From positions 13,333 to 77,332 of the forward strand of contig JBHLOY010000013.1 of the NCBI GenBank assembly GCA_048939995.1: a DNA stretch of 64,000 nt, written 5' to 3'. Within the stretch, counting starts at the first letter, position 1; every line of letters begins with the position of its first letter. Both the position numbers and the translations under genes were made by a program. Positions 1-8,741 of the stretch are shown piece after piece. The stretch is from Promethearchaeota archaeon (GTDB lineage: Archaea > Asgardarchaeota > Lokiarchaeia > Sigyniarchaeales > SOKP01). Below the pieces are notes generated by a model. That model saw nothing but the letters and a program-made list of their open reading frames with translations. It did no database searches and was not told where the DNA came from.

Positions 1-269
1 ATAATGTCTGTAACCTTCTTAATTCCGGGGATGTGTTCATCGCTATAAATCCCCGTTTGATATTTAAAAGCTCTACCATAAGGATGAACATACATATATC
101 CTAGAATTATTAGCCCAATCTGCCCTTTTGAAAGAATTTTGTACATTTTGACAAAATCGTCAGTTACCTTTCCAGTTTCAGAAGCCATACCTTCGCACGT
201 AGCGGATCGAACAAATCGATTCTCTATCTCCATTTTACCTATTTTCATAGGTTCAAATAGCTTTGACAT
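1..269 (-). CDS. NADH:flavin oxidoreductase (Old Yellow Enzyme family), N-terminal part, runs off window
   Basis: Manual translation MSKLFEPMKIGKMEIENRFVRSATCEGMASETGKVTD...GLIILGYMYVHPYGRAFKYQTGIYSDEHIPG is a typical OYE N-terminus; not in ORF track. Confidence 0.85.
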   Translation of the reverse strand, partial: MSKLFEPMKIGKMEIENRFVRSATCEGMASETGKVTDDFVKMYKILSKGQIGLIILGYMYVHPYGRAFKYQTGIYSDEHIPGIKKVTDI

Positions 270-306
270 AATTATGACATTTATATATTATGAATCAGTT
301 TAAAAA

Positions 307-636
307 TTAAAATTTAAAAAAGTTTAATGGATCATCGAAATACTCTTTATCTAATTTGATTAACTGATGATCATTAATACTCGAAGACTTATAGAGGATT
401 ATCTTAATATGGGAATAAAGTTCCTCCTCTTTCAAGATTTTTAGTAGAAGAGGAAAATATATTAATTTTGGTTCTATTAAAACCACACATATCTCCTTAT
501 GTTGCTTCTTAATAAACTCAAAACCATCTAAAATTGAAGTCTTTACAATTGGCTCAAACCCACCTAATTTTAAAAAGTTTAATGCTTTCTTGTTTGAGAT
601 TTCATCATTATCAATTATTAATGCAATTTTATTCAA
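307..636 (-). CDS. Receiver (REC)-like protein, degenerate
   Basis: 109 aa; ALIIDND acidic pocket and CVVLIE strand with E at the usual phospho-Asp position; TTG start. Confidence 0.45.
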   Translation of the reverse strand: MNKIALIIDNDEISNKKALNFLKLGGFEPIVKTSILDGFEFIKKQHKEICVVLIEPKLIYFPLLLKILKEEELYSHIKIILYKSSSINDHQLIKLDKEYFDDPLNFFKF

Positions 637-678
637 TTTTAGTCTCCTTTATAACATCATAAAGATTGATATAATAGG

Positions 679-1311
679 TTAAGTATTATTTTCATACTTT
701 TTAATTATCATCCTTGTTAAACTCTCAAAAACATTCTTTAAGTTCTCCCCTGTAAGAACATTACATTCGAAATAAGCATCAAGTTGTTCAGATCTTAAAA
801 ATTCTAAAGCTTGTTCTTTAGATACTTGGCTTAGATTATTTGAATTATCATTATTACCCATCAATATTAAAGGAATATTGTTAGTATTATCCCTTATTAT
901 CTGAATCCATTTTGGTAAGATATATAATGTTTTAGAATTTGATATTTCAAACATTAAAAGAGCACCCAATGCACCCCTACAGTAAAGAGGGACCAAAACT
1001 CTCCAGCGTTCTTCAGTTGCTAGATCCCAGATTTGTAATTTAATGTTAAGGCTTTCTATTTTAATTTCTTTTATCTCGAAACTAATCCCGATTGATAGCT
1101 TTGTATTTGCCTTAAACCATGAATTTCCATAATTTTCTAAGTATGTTATCTTTCCCGTATCATTATGCCCTACTAACAAGACTTTAAATAAAAAATGAGG
1201 GTCAAAATGAGCTTTTTTTTTAACTTTCTTTTCCACAAAAGGTTCTTTTTTAATGTTAGATAATTCTTCCCTTAATTTTTCATTATCTATATTGCTCTTC
1301 TTTGATCCCAT
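679..1311 (-). CDS. Rab-like small GTPase with degenerate G motifs
   Basis: FKVLLVGHNDTGKIT, SIGISF, KLQIWDLATEE, YCRGALGALLMFE, LMGNNDN, ECNVLTGENL. Confidence 0.85.
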   Translation of the reverse strand: MGSKKSNIDNEKLREELSNIKKEPFVEKKVKKKAHFDPHFLFKVLLVGHNDTGKITYLENYGNSWFKANTKLSIGISFEIKEIKIESLNIKLQIWDLATEERWRVLVPLYCRGALGALLMFEISNSKTLYILPKWIQIIRDNTNNIPLILMGNNDNSNNLSQVSKEQALEFLRSEQLDAYFECNVLTGENLKNVFESLTRMIIKKYENNT

Positions 1312-1375
1312 GTTAATATAATTCTATTTTTCAATATTAAATTTAACTACATTCTTCTCTACGAATTTTTATAAA

Positions 1376-1696
1376 AATGAATGTCAATGTGATTCTGAAT
1401 GTCCTTATAACGGTAATTTTCTTAAAGCGAAATTAAGAATAAAAACCACCAATCAAAATCGATTAGGTCAATGGGCATGTTATGATGGTCACAATAATGA
1501 ATGGATAGCAGTTCTAACCACAGATCAAGATGGATATCTTACTGCGGAGGTAAGAATGTTATCAATATGGACTTTATTGATCGCTGAGACGGCAACAGTT
1601 CCTATTGAAGGAACCATCGTTATTGCTTTGATATCTATAGTTAGTAGTATAACATTTTTGGGTATTATCTTAAAAAATGGTATTAATAAAAGGTAA
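1376..1696 (+). pseudogene. C-terminal remnant of a membrane-anchored surface protein
   Basis: Stop-free frame with no upstream start: ECQCDSECPYNGNFLKAKLRIKTTNQNRLGQWACYDGHNNEWIAVLTTDQDGYLTAEVRMLSIWTLL...TM...KNGINKR*. Confidence 0.5.
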
Positions 1697-1846
1697 TTTC
1701 CTTTTTTTTTATTTTTCTTCCAATCTTGATTGAATTCTTATTTATTTTAATTTTTTTTGTATTAAGCGCTACATCAGATTAATAAATGAAGATTTATACT
1801 TATTGAAACAAAAATTTTTATTCTAACTTTTTTTTATTAACAAGCC

Positions 1847-2866
1847 ATGATTCTATTATCCTTTATTCTTCTAATCGGTGGATTTATTGGGTTATATTTT
1901 GGGGCAAAATTTGTAATCATTGGACTCGAAAATATTGCAACTCGACTGAAGGTTAGTCATATAATGGTAGGTTTAACAATCCTGTCTATAGGGACAAGTT
2001 TGCCTGAAATCGCTGTTAGTATAATTGGTGGGTTTGATAAATTTTTGGGAATTGACCCTAATATTGATGGAATAGTAATTGGAAATAAAGTTGGATCTTT
2101 TTTAACTAATTTTACTTTGATAATTGGTATTTTAGCGGCGAGTCAGCCAATTTTTGTGAGTAAATGGGAATTACGAAGAGAAGGTCCTATGCTTGTGATT
2201 TCTGTATTAATTTTTCTTGTCTTTTCCCTTGATGGGGTACTTTCTCAGTTTGAAGCACTCTTCATGATAATTATATATATTGCATATCTTTCATTAGTAA
2301 TTTGGAGTGAGAAACGCTTGGTTAAGTCAAAGTGTGAGACTCAATATCTTGAAAAGCAACGTTTAGATCCTGTTTGTACTGAACCAATTGAAGCTCCTCA
2401 CAAAACATCATCAATCTTTAAAGATATTAGCGTTTTTTTGGTCGGTCTTGGGATTTTACTCTTCACTGCGGAGCTTACATTATTATCAGCTCATGATATA
2501 TCTAAGGCGTTTCAGATTCCTGAGAATGTGATTGGAATTTTGGTAGTTGGTCTTGGTACAAGTCTGCCAGAATTAATTGCTGATTTAACCGCAATTAGGA
2601 GAGAATCGTATGGGCTTGCTGTAGGAGATATATTAGGATCCAATATATGTGATCTTTTATTGGCTACAGGATCAGGGGCAATATTCATTAATTTTAATAT
2701 TCCAATGATCATTTTAATTTTTGATATCCCCGTTCTATTCATAGCATTGTTTCTCGGGTTGTATTTATTATGGAGCCAAAAAACATTAAAAAGATGGGAA
2801 GGAGCACTATTGATTAGTTTTTATGGTGTGTATGTCTTTTTGAAATTGCTATTATTTCAAATTTAA
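1847..2866 (+). CDS. Calcium/sodium antiporter (CaCA, YrbG-like)
   Basis: Two GTSLPE alpha-repeats with GNKVGS/GDILGSN; ~10 TM segments. Confidence 0.92.
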   Translation: MILLSFILLIGGFIGLYFGAKFVIIGLENIATRLKVSHIMVGLTILSIGTSLPEIAVSIIGGFDKFLGIDPNIDGIVIGNKVGSFLTNFTLIIGILAASQPIFVSKWELRREGPMLVISVLIFLVFSLDGVLSQFEALFMIIIYIAYLSLVIWSEKRLVKSKCETQYLEKQRLDPVCTEPIEAPHKTSSIFKDISVFLVGLGILLFTAELTLLSAHDISKAFQIPENVIGILVVGLGTSLPELIADLTAIRRESYGLAVGDILGSNICDLLLATGSGAIFINFNIPMIILIFDIPVLFIALFLGLYLLWSQKTLKRWEGALLISFYGVYVFLKLLLFQI

Positions 2867-2877
2867 GTGATTAGAGA

Positions 2878-3690
2878 TTAAAGATCAAATTTACTACCTA
2901 TCAGTTCTTCGGTTCTATTCCAAAGCATTTTCTGAATTGTTTTATTGTAGGTGATGTCTTTTGAGAGCTCTGGATGATTACTTACAAGATATTTACCAGT
3001 TACAGTTTCCAGTTCTTGTGATGTAGCAGCAAATATCAAAGTTTTAGCTCCTTCTAAAACTGGCACTCCATATGAACCATAAGCAGCTCTTAACAATTTT
3101 GTATTTATCACCCCTGGATGAAGACAATTTGCAACGACATTTGTATTTTTTAATTTATCTGCAAGCAAATAAGTGAATAAAATGAGAGCTGTTTTCGATT
3201 GTGCGTACGCTTTAACACCAGTATACCCCCTCTCAAATTGTAAATTTTTAAAATCAAATTGATTAGAGTGAACTCTAGATGCCACATTTACTATTCTACT
3301 AGATGTGCTTTTTTTCAATAATTCAATCAAGAGGTTTGTAAGTAGAAAGGGAGCAATATAGTTTACCGCAAAGGTCGTTTCAAATCCTTCTTCAGTTGTA
3401 GAACGCACTGGTTTATACACTCCAGCATTATTAATAAGTACGTCTAGCCTATTAAATTTATTTGTAATGTCGTTGGTCATCTTAATTATTTGATTAAAAA
3501 AGCGTAGATCAGCATAGAATGCACTGATACTTTTTTTCTGGGTCATCCGTGTAATACGATTCAGTGCTAAATCAACCTTTTCTTGATTTCTGCCATGAAT
3601 AATAACGTGAAAGTTTGATTTAACTAATTCTATTGCTGTCTGATACCCTATACCATCTGTGGAACCCGTAACCAGAATAACTTTTTGCAT
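2878..3690 (-). CDS. SDR family oxidoreductase (retinol dehydrogenase-like)
   Basis: TGSTDGIG, LINNAG, YAQSK, LHPGVINT. Confidence 0.92.
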   Translation of the reverse strand: MQKVILVTGSTDGIGYQTAIELVKSNFHVIIHGRNQEKVDLALNRITRMTQKKSISAFYADLRFFNQIIKMTNDITNKFNRLDVLINNAGVYKPVRSTTEEGFETTFAVNYIAPFLLTNLLIELLKKSTSSRIVNVASRVHSNQFDFKNLQFERGYTGVKAYAQSKTALILFTYLLADKLKNTNVVANCLHPGVINTKLLRAAYGSYGVPVLEGAKTLIFAATSQELETVTGKYLVSNHPELSKDITYNKTIQKMLWNRTEELIGSKFDL

Positions 3691-3851
3691 TAATATTAAT
3701 CACTTAACTATTGATTACCAATTAACTTCAATTCCAATTTCATTATAAGGTTCGTTTATATGTAGGAATACTCTTTTTGGTTTTATTTGTTTTACATTAA
3801 CTTGGGTTAGATTAGCTTAATAATAATAATAAAAAAAAAATGAATTGACTA

Positions 3852-4367
3852 CTATTTCTTTGTTGTTGCTTTCTTTTTAGGGGCTTTTTTTGGGCTCTTT
3901 TTAGGTGTTGTTTTCCGGGGCTCTTTTTTAGGGCTCTCTCTCGATTCTTCTTGAAAATTCAATTGCCACCCTACTCCCTCTGAATCTTCGAATCGTGCAT
4001 ACCAAGCGCCCCAAAATGTCTTTTGAAGTTCCATTTTAATTTTAAACTTTTTAGCCTTCGCTTTCTTATAGATTTCTTCAAGATCTTTCTTATTATCTAG
4101 ATGAAGAACGATTTCAACATTTCCACTACCAGGGGCTCCCATTGTATTGTCAGCGAGCATTATCTCAGCACTTTTTACATCTAATACTGCATGCATAGTG
4201 GAATTATTATAATCAAAATTCTTAGGAAATCCAAATTCTTTGCCCATTTCTTTGGTAAAGGGCATGTGATCTACTAATTTTGCTCCTAGTAATTCTTTAT
4301 ATAACTCAATAGCAGCTTTTCCATTCTTTACTAATAAAAAAGGATTTGCTTTAATCAAATTTTTCAC
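3852..4367 (-). CDS. VOC/PhnB-like protein with Lys/Pro-rich tail
   Basis: PFLLVKNGKAAIELY, MHAVL, MELQKTFWGAWYARFEDSEGVGWQL; tail KKSPKKAPKKKATTKK. Confidence 0.85.
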   Translation of the reverse strand: MKNLIKANPFLLVKNGKAAIELYKELLGAKLVDHMPFTKEMGKEFGFPKNFDYNNSTMHAVLDVKSAEIMLADNTMGAPGSGNVEIVLHLDNKKDLEEIYKKAKAKKFKIKMELQKTFWGAWYARFEDSEGVGWQLNFQEESRESPKKEPRKTTPKKSPKKAPKKKATTKK

Positions 4368-4472
4368 CTTTCTTCTTTTCGTAAATTATAACAAACTTAT
4401 CTATTAAAGAGCTATGTTAATATTTTATAAAACTCTGAAAATAACATATAAAACAAACGCGAAAAGCGTCTT

Positions 4473-5762
4473 TCAACCTAATAAAAGTGTGTAAACCATA
4501 GTATATCCTAAAATGATGAGGAAATGAATTGTCGCGAAAATCGCACCATTTTTTAAAAGGCGTCTGTAATTTAAATTGGCTACTTTGTACTTTTTTGCCA
4601 GTGATAAAGTGAGTAGATCACATGCAGAACCTTGTGGTAAAAAATTGCCAGCCATATTTACTCCACTGATGAATGCTATTATAATCGGGTTGGGAAGAGT
4701 GAATTCTCCGACTATTGCCGTAAAAATAGGGAGAAGAATGATGGTAACTGGTGTACCCGCAAGAAATGCAGATAACAAAGAAGAAAGTCCTAATGTGATC
4801 AGAACGGCAAGATAAATGTTATTATTTACAAAACTGATCAGCCCCGTAGAGATCAACTCTGAGAAGCCTAACCGTGCCAAGGAATTTGAAATGATAAACA
4901 TAATCGCAAATACGATAATGAGTTTCCATTCAATTTCATTCTTTACATCTGAGAATTCGGAAGTTTTAAAATGAAGGAGGAGAAGAATAGCTGCGGAGAT
5001 AATCGCAACAATAGCAGGTTCAAATCCTATGATCATAAACACGAATGTAGCTAAGAGAATGATAGTTGTCAGAAAAAAATATTTTCGGTCTCTGATTACG
5101 ATTCCAGGTTTTAGCATTGATAATAATATTTTTTTATTTTTCTCTGTTGGTTTCTCTTCTTTTCTTAGTATGAACCTGTCAATTAAAAAAAGCGTGATTA
5201 TTAAGGAGATCACAAATAAGATACCCATATTAGCGAAATATTCACCAAATCCCCACCCAAATTGTTTACCAATTATTAGATTTTTCAAGCTTGAAACTGG
5301 TGTAAGTATTGCACCAATATTTATAGTAATCGTCATTCCCATCATATAGGTGCCTGCACGTATCTCTAAAATTCTACAAGTCCTATAGATCAATGGTACT
5401 AAAATCAATGAGAGAGTTAAATCCTCAATAAAAGCTACCATAATGCTTGTAAACACGCAAATCATATAAAAGAACAACCGATTATTCCCTTTCGTAATAT
5501 GAATTAATTTAATTGCAAGGTATTCTAAAACTCTGTCACTAATTGCATAAAAAATAATTATTTGCATAGCAAAAATGAAGATTAGAGTGTTAAAGTTGAT
5601 AAATCCGAGTATTTCACCCTCTGTTATACCCAAAATCATCATTGAAATCACTGCAATGGTTCCAATAATTAATGCGATGGGAAAATAATCGATCTTACTT
5701 TGAGAATAAAATGCCATTAAAATCGCAAATAAGACCAAATTCAGTATTATTACGGGAAGCAT
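4473..5762 (-). CDS. SLC13/ArsB/NhaD (IT superfamily) permease
   Basis: ~12 TM; NIGAILTPVSSLKN and NMAGNFLPQGSA repeats. Confidence 0.8.
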   Translation of the reverse strand: MLPVIILNLVLFAILMAFYSQSKIDYFPIALIIGTIAVISMMILGITEGEILGFINFNTLIFIFAMQIIIFYAISDRVLEYLAIKLIHITKGNNRLFFYMICVFTSIMVAFIEDLTLSLILVPLIYRTCRILEIRAGTYMMGMTITINIGAILTPVSSLKNLIIGKQFGWGFGEYFANMGILFVISLIITLFLIDRFILRKEEKPTEKNKKILLSMLKPGIVIRDRKYFFLTTIILLATFVFMIIGFEPAIVAIISAAILLLLHFKTSEFSDVKNEIEWKLIIVFAIMFIISNSLARLGFSELISTGLISFVNNNIYLAVLITLGLSSLLSAFLAGTPVTIILLPIFTAIVGEFTLPNPIIIAFISGVNMAGNFLPQGSACDLLTLSLAKKYKVANLNYRRLLKNGAIFATIHFLIILGYTMVYTLLLG

Positions 5763-5823
5763 TAAATAAATAGAAGGGGTTTCAAATATAAAAAAGAAGT
5801 TATTATAATTTTTATTGAACTTA

Positions 5824-5906
5824 TGGTCACTTAATGACCAAAAGTTTAAATATGATCTTAATTTTATATTAAATAATGACTGATGGTCAATAAAAAACCC
5901 TTGGTC
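5824..5906. promoter_or_regulatory. Putative TetR operators flanking a BRE/TATA promoter
   Basis: TGGTCA-N5-TGACCA (5824-5840), AAAAGTTTAAATA (5840-5852), TGAC-N5-GTCA (5877-5889), a further TGGTCA near 5902; upstream of tetR. Confidence 0.55.
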
Positions 5907-5929
5907 AAATACTGAAAAAAAGGATTATA

Positions 5930-6628
5930 ATGAAAAAGAGTGAAGATGATAAGAAAAATAGAATCCAACAACGAAAGGAAAAGGAAAGAGAACTCAGACG
6001 AAACCAGATCATAAATGCAGCAGAAAGCTTATTCCTCTCGAAAGGATTTAACGATACAAAGATTGAACAAATCGCCTATGAAGCTTCTTTAAGTAAAGGA
6101 ACGGTATATAATTATTTTGATTCAAAAGATCAACTCTATTTGGCAATTGCTAGTATTGCGTACTCCAAACTTTTCGAGTACACTAAAAGGTCAATTAAAG
6201 GATTTAAACCTGGAATAAATAAATTAAATGCTTTTGGAAAAGCGTTTTATACCTTCTCAAAAGAATATCCTAATTATGCGAAAGTAGTGCATAATTATGA
6301 TTCCAAGACAAATTTAACCAAGGCTATCATAGAAAAAAAGGATCCAATTCTTAATTCACGTGAATTTGAGGATTTAAATAAAGTTGTAAACCAATACAGA
6401 ATGCTTTTTATTCAGATCATTACTGAAGGAATAGAAAGTAATTCTATTCGAAAAGATCTCGACCCAAATTTGCTTGCCTTAACTTTAAGCATGTTAACTG
6501 GTGGAATAATTGAAGAATTAACAAAAAACAGATTTTTTTTGAAGAATCTAAAAATTCTGGAGGAGGATATAATTGCATTAGTATTTGACTGGATTGGTGA
6601 GGGTTTACGACCAAAATCGCAAAAGTGA
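5930..6628 (+). CDS. TetR/AcrR family transcriptional regulator
   Basis: IINAAESLFLSKGFNDTKIEQIAYEASLSKGTVYNYFDSKDQL. Confidence 0.95.
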   Translation: MKKSEDDKKNRIQQRKEKERELRRNQIINAAESLFLSKGFNDTKIEQIAYEASLSKGTVYNYFDSKDQLYLAIASIAYSKLFEYTKRSIKGFKPGINKLNAFGKAFYTFSKEYPNYAKVVHNYDSKTNLTKAIIEKKDPILNSREFEDLNKVVNQYRMLFIQIITEGIESNSIRKDLDPNLLALTLSMLTGGIIEELTKNRFFLKNLKILEEDIIALVFDWIGEGLRPKSQK

Positions 6629-6702
6629 ATGGTTGCCAATTTGGCACTATTGTTTAAAAAAAAATAAAATTAAGTAAAAATAAACGAAGGAGGTATATTG
6701 AA

Positions 6703-7113
6703 ATGTCTAAAAATATAGTAATAAATACTCTAAATGGATTAGCTAATAATAAATACATAAGCTTAACGACTTTCAGAAATAATGGGGAAGGAGTTCCAAC
6801 TCCAGTTATGTTTGCGATAGAAAATAATAAATTATACGTTGAAACTCGCGCGTCGCGTTATAAAGTAAATCGTATTAAAAATAATCCTAAAGTCCAGTTC
6901 GCTCCATGTAGATTGAAAGGGAAAGTAATAGGTCCGGTAATTGAGGGAAGAGCAAGAGTTTTACCAGCTTCCGAGCAAGAAGTTGCATTTAATGCATTAA
7001 GAAAACGATATTTTCGTTTTAGATTAGGAGACACCATCTCTAAGATAAAGTCATCTAATAAAAAACAAGATATTGATGATAGAGTCTATCTTGAAATTAT
7101 TCCCGAGTTTTAA
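6703..7113 (+). CDS. PPOX-class F420-dependent oxidoreductase
   Basis: YISLTTFRNNGEGVPTPV, KVNRIKNNPKV, PC..KG. Confidence 0.85.
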   Translation: MSKNIVINTLNGLANNKYISLTTFRNNGEGVPTPVMFAIENNKLYVETRASRYKVNRIKNNPKVQFAPCRLKGKVIGPVIEGRARVLPASEQEVAFNALRKRYFRFRLGDTISKIKSSNKKQDIDDRVYLEIIPEF

Positions 7114-7142
7114 TTAAAAAAATAATTTAAAATTGTGGCAAA

Positions 7143-7946
7143 ATGATGAAAAATATAATTAAAAAATATCCATTAATAAGTTATTTTATCATTGCTTGGA
7201 TATCAACATGGATTTTGGTCTTACCCTTAATTCTTACCAATTTTGGTCTTCTTTCGGTAGATATGAATTGGCATTTTCTAGGTGCACTTGGACCAACTAT
7301 CTCAGCGATTATTGTAGTTTATATTACTGCTAAAAAGCAAGGGCTTAAGGAATTAAAAAATACGAGTTTTAAATGGAGAATAGGAGCTTTTTGGATTCTC
7401 TTTTCCGCTTTGATAATGCCATTTTTCTTGTTGTTAGCTATTTTACTAAATTTCTTTTTTACAGGGAATTTCATAGATTTAATTGGATATCTTATTGATA
7501 ATGGCATCTCAAGTCCACTTACATTTTTCATATGGATATGGGTTGGGGCTATTGCGTATGGATTATTTGAAGAAATTGGATGGAGAGGGTATGCCTTACC
7601 CAAATTACAAGAGAAGTATAACTCACTAATCGCTACCATTATTCTTACAATTGGTTGGGCCTTTTGGCACTTCCCTATGTTTCTTTATCACTTTTCAGTT
7701 GATATGTTATTTGGATGGCTTTATAGCCTATTTATGGGCTCAATAATAGTAACCTTCCTCTTTAATAGCTCTGGAGGAAGTGCATTTGCAACCATCTTAT
7801 TCCATATCACGAATAATCTTGTATGGCTCTTTAATATTGCTGAGCTACAAATCTACTTAACCATAATGATAACTATATTCGCTTTTATTATATTGGTTGT
7901 GTGGAGAACAAGGGTATCAACAAGAAAAGATATTCTAAAAAAATAA
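7143..7946 (+). CDS. CPBP (Abi/CAAX type II) intramembrane protease
   Basis: EEIGWRGY, WAFWH, FHITNN; multi-TM. Confidence 0.9.
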   Translation: MMKNIIKKYPLISYFIIAWISTWILVLPLILTNFGLLSVDMNWHFLGALGPTISAIIVVYITAKKQGLKELKNTSFKWRIGAFWILFSALIMPFFLLLAILLNFFFTGNFIDLIGYLIDNGISSPLTFFIWIWVGAIAYGLFEEIGWRGYALPKLQEKYNSLIATIILTIGWAFWHFPMFLYHFSVDMLFGWLYSLFMGSIIVTFLFNSSGGSAFATILFHITNNLVWLFNIAELQIYLTIMITIFAFIILVVWRTRVSTRKDILKK

Positions 7947-8061
7947 TTTAATCTTTTTTTCTTAAATTTTTTCTTAATTGTATGATAATTACTCTTTAAG
8001 TTATTGAGGTAATTTTTAAATAGAATTTTATACTACATTTTGATTAATAAATACTACATAG

Positions 8062-8709
8062 GTGAATTTATTGTTTAAGAAATTTATGGACGCTTTAGGT
8101 TTAACAAGTAACAAGATTAGTGATTTAGTTAAGGAGAGTAATCACTATATCAATGCCGAAGAAAATGTGACCAAAGATATTAACAAAACTATGACTGCCT
8201 TAAAAAGTTATGCAGAGACAGAAACACCTTCATTGGGAGAAGCCATAAATTCATTGGCTCAAACTTTTGAAATCATTGAAATAGAACGCAAGGAGAAAGT
8301 ATCCAAGCTAAGAGAGCAATATATTGCTCCTTTGAATAATTTGATCGCACATTTAAAAAGGTTACAAACTGAGCAAGACGAGGCAACAAAAGCAGTTAAA
8401 GAAGTTGAAAAAGCTGAAAAAACTCTTAGTAAGGCTCAGAGTAAACCCAATGAAAAATTAAAACCGGGCGAAATAGAAAGTGCTGAGACTGCTTTAAAAG
8501 CCGCGAAACAAAAAGCAAAAAAAGAAGAAAACGATGCAAAGACTGCCGCAGAAGAATTTAACAAGGTAAAATTAGAAACAATCCAGAAAGTTCTCCGTAA
8601 TATGGTAGAGATTGAAAAATTATACCATGAAAAGATACTCACCGCTATCTCAAATGTCAAACAAAAAGCTGAAGCAATAAAGATCGAGGAAGAATCTAAG
8701 ATAGCATAA
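8062..8709 (+). CDS. BAR-domain-like coiled-coil protein (FAM92/CIBAR-like)
   Basis: All-helical 215 aa; YAETETPSL, KLREQYIAPL, IESAETAL, FNKVKLETIQKVL..VEIEKLYHEKIL fit a BAR three-helix pattern. Confidence 0.7.
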   Translation: MNLLFKKFMDALGLTSNKISDLVKESNHYINAEENVTKDINKTMTALKSYAETETPSLGEAINSLAQTFEIIEIERKEKVSKLREQYIAPLNNLIAHLKRLQTEQDEATKAVKEVEKAEKTLSKAQSKPNEKLKPGEIESAETALKAAKQKAKKEENDAKTAAEEFNKVKLETIQKVLRNMVEIEKLYHEKILTAISNVKQKAEAIKIEEESKIA

Positions 8710-8741
8710 TTTAGAAATTTTTTTCTCTTTTTTTTCTAATT

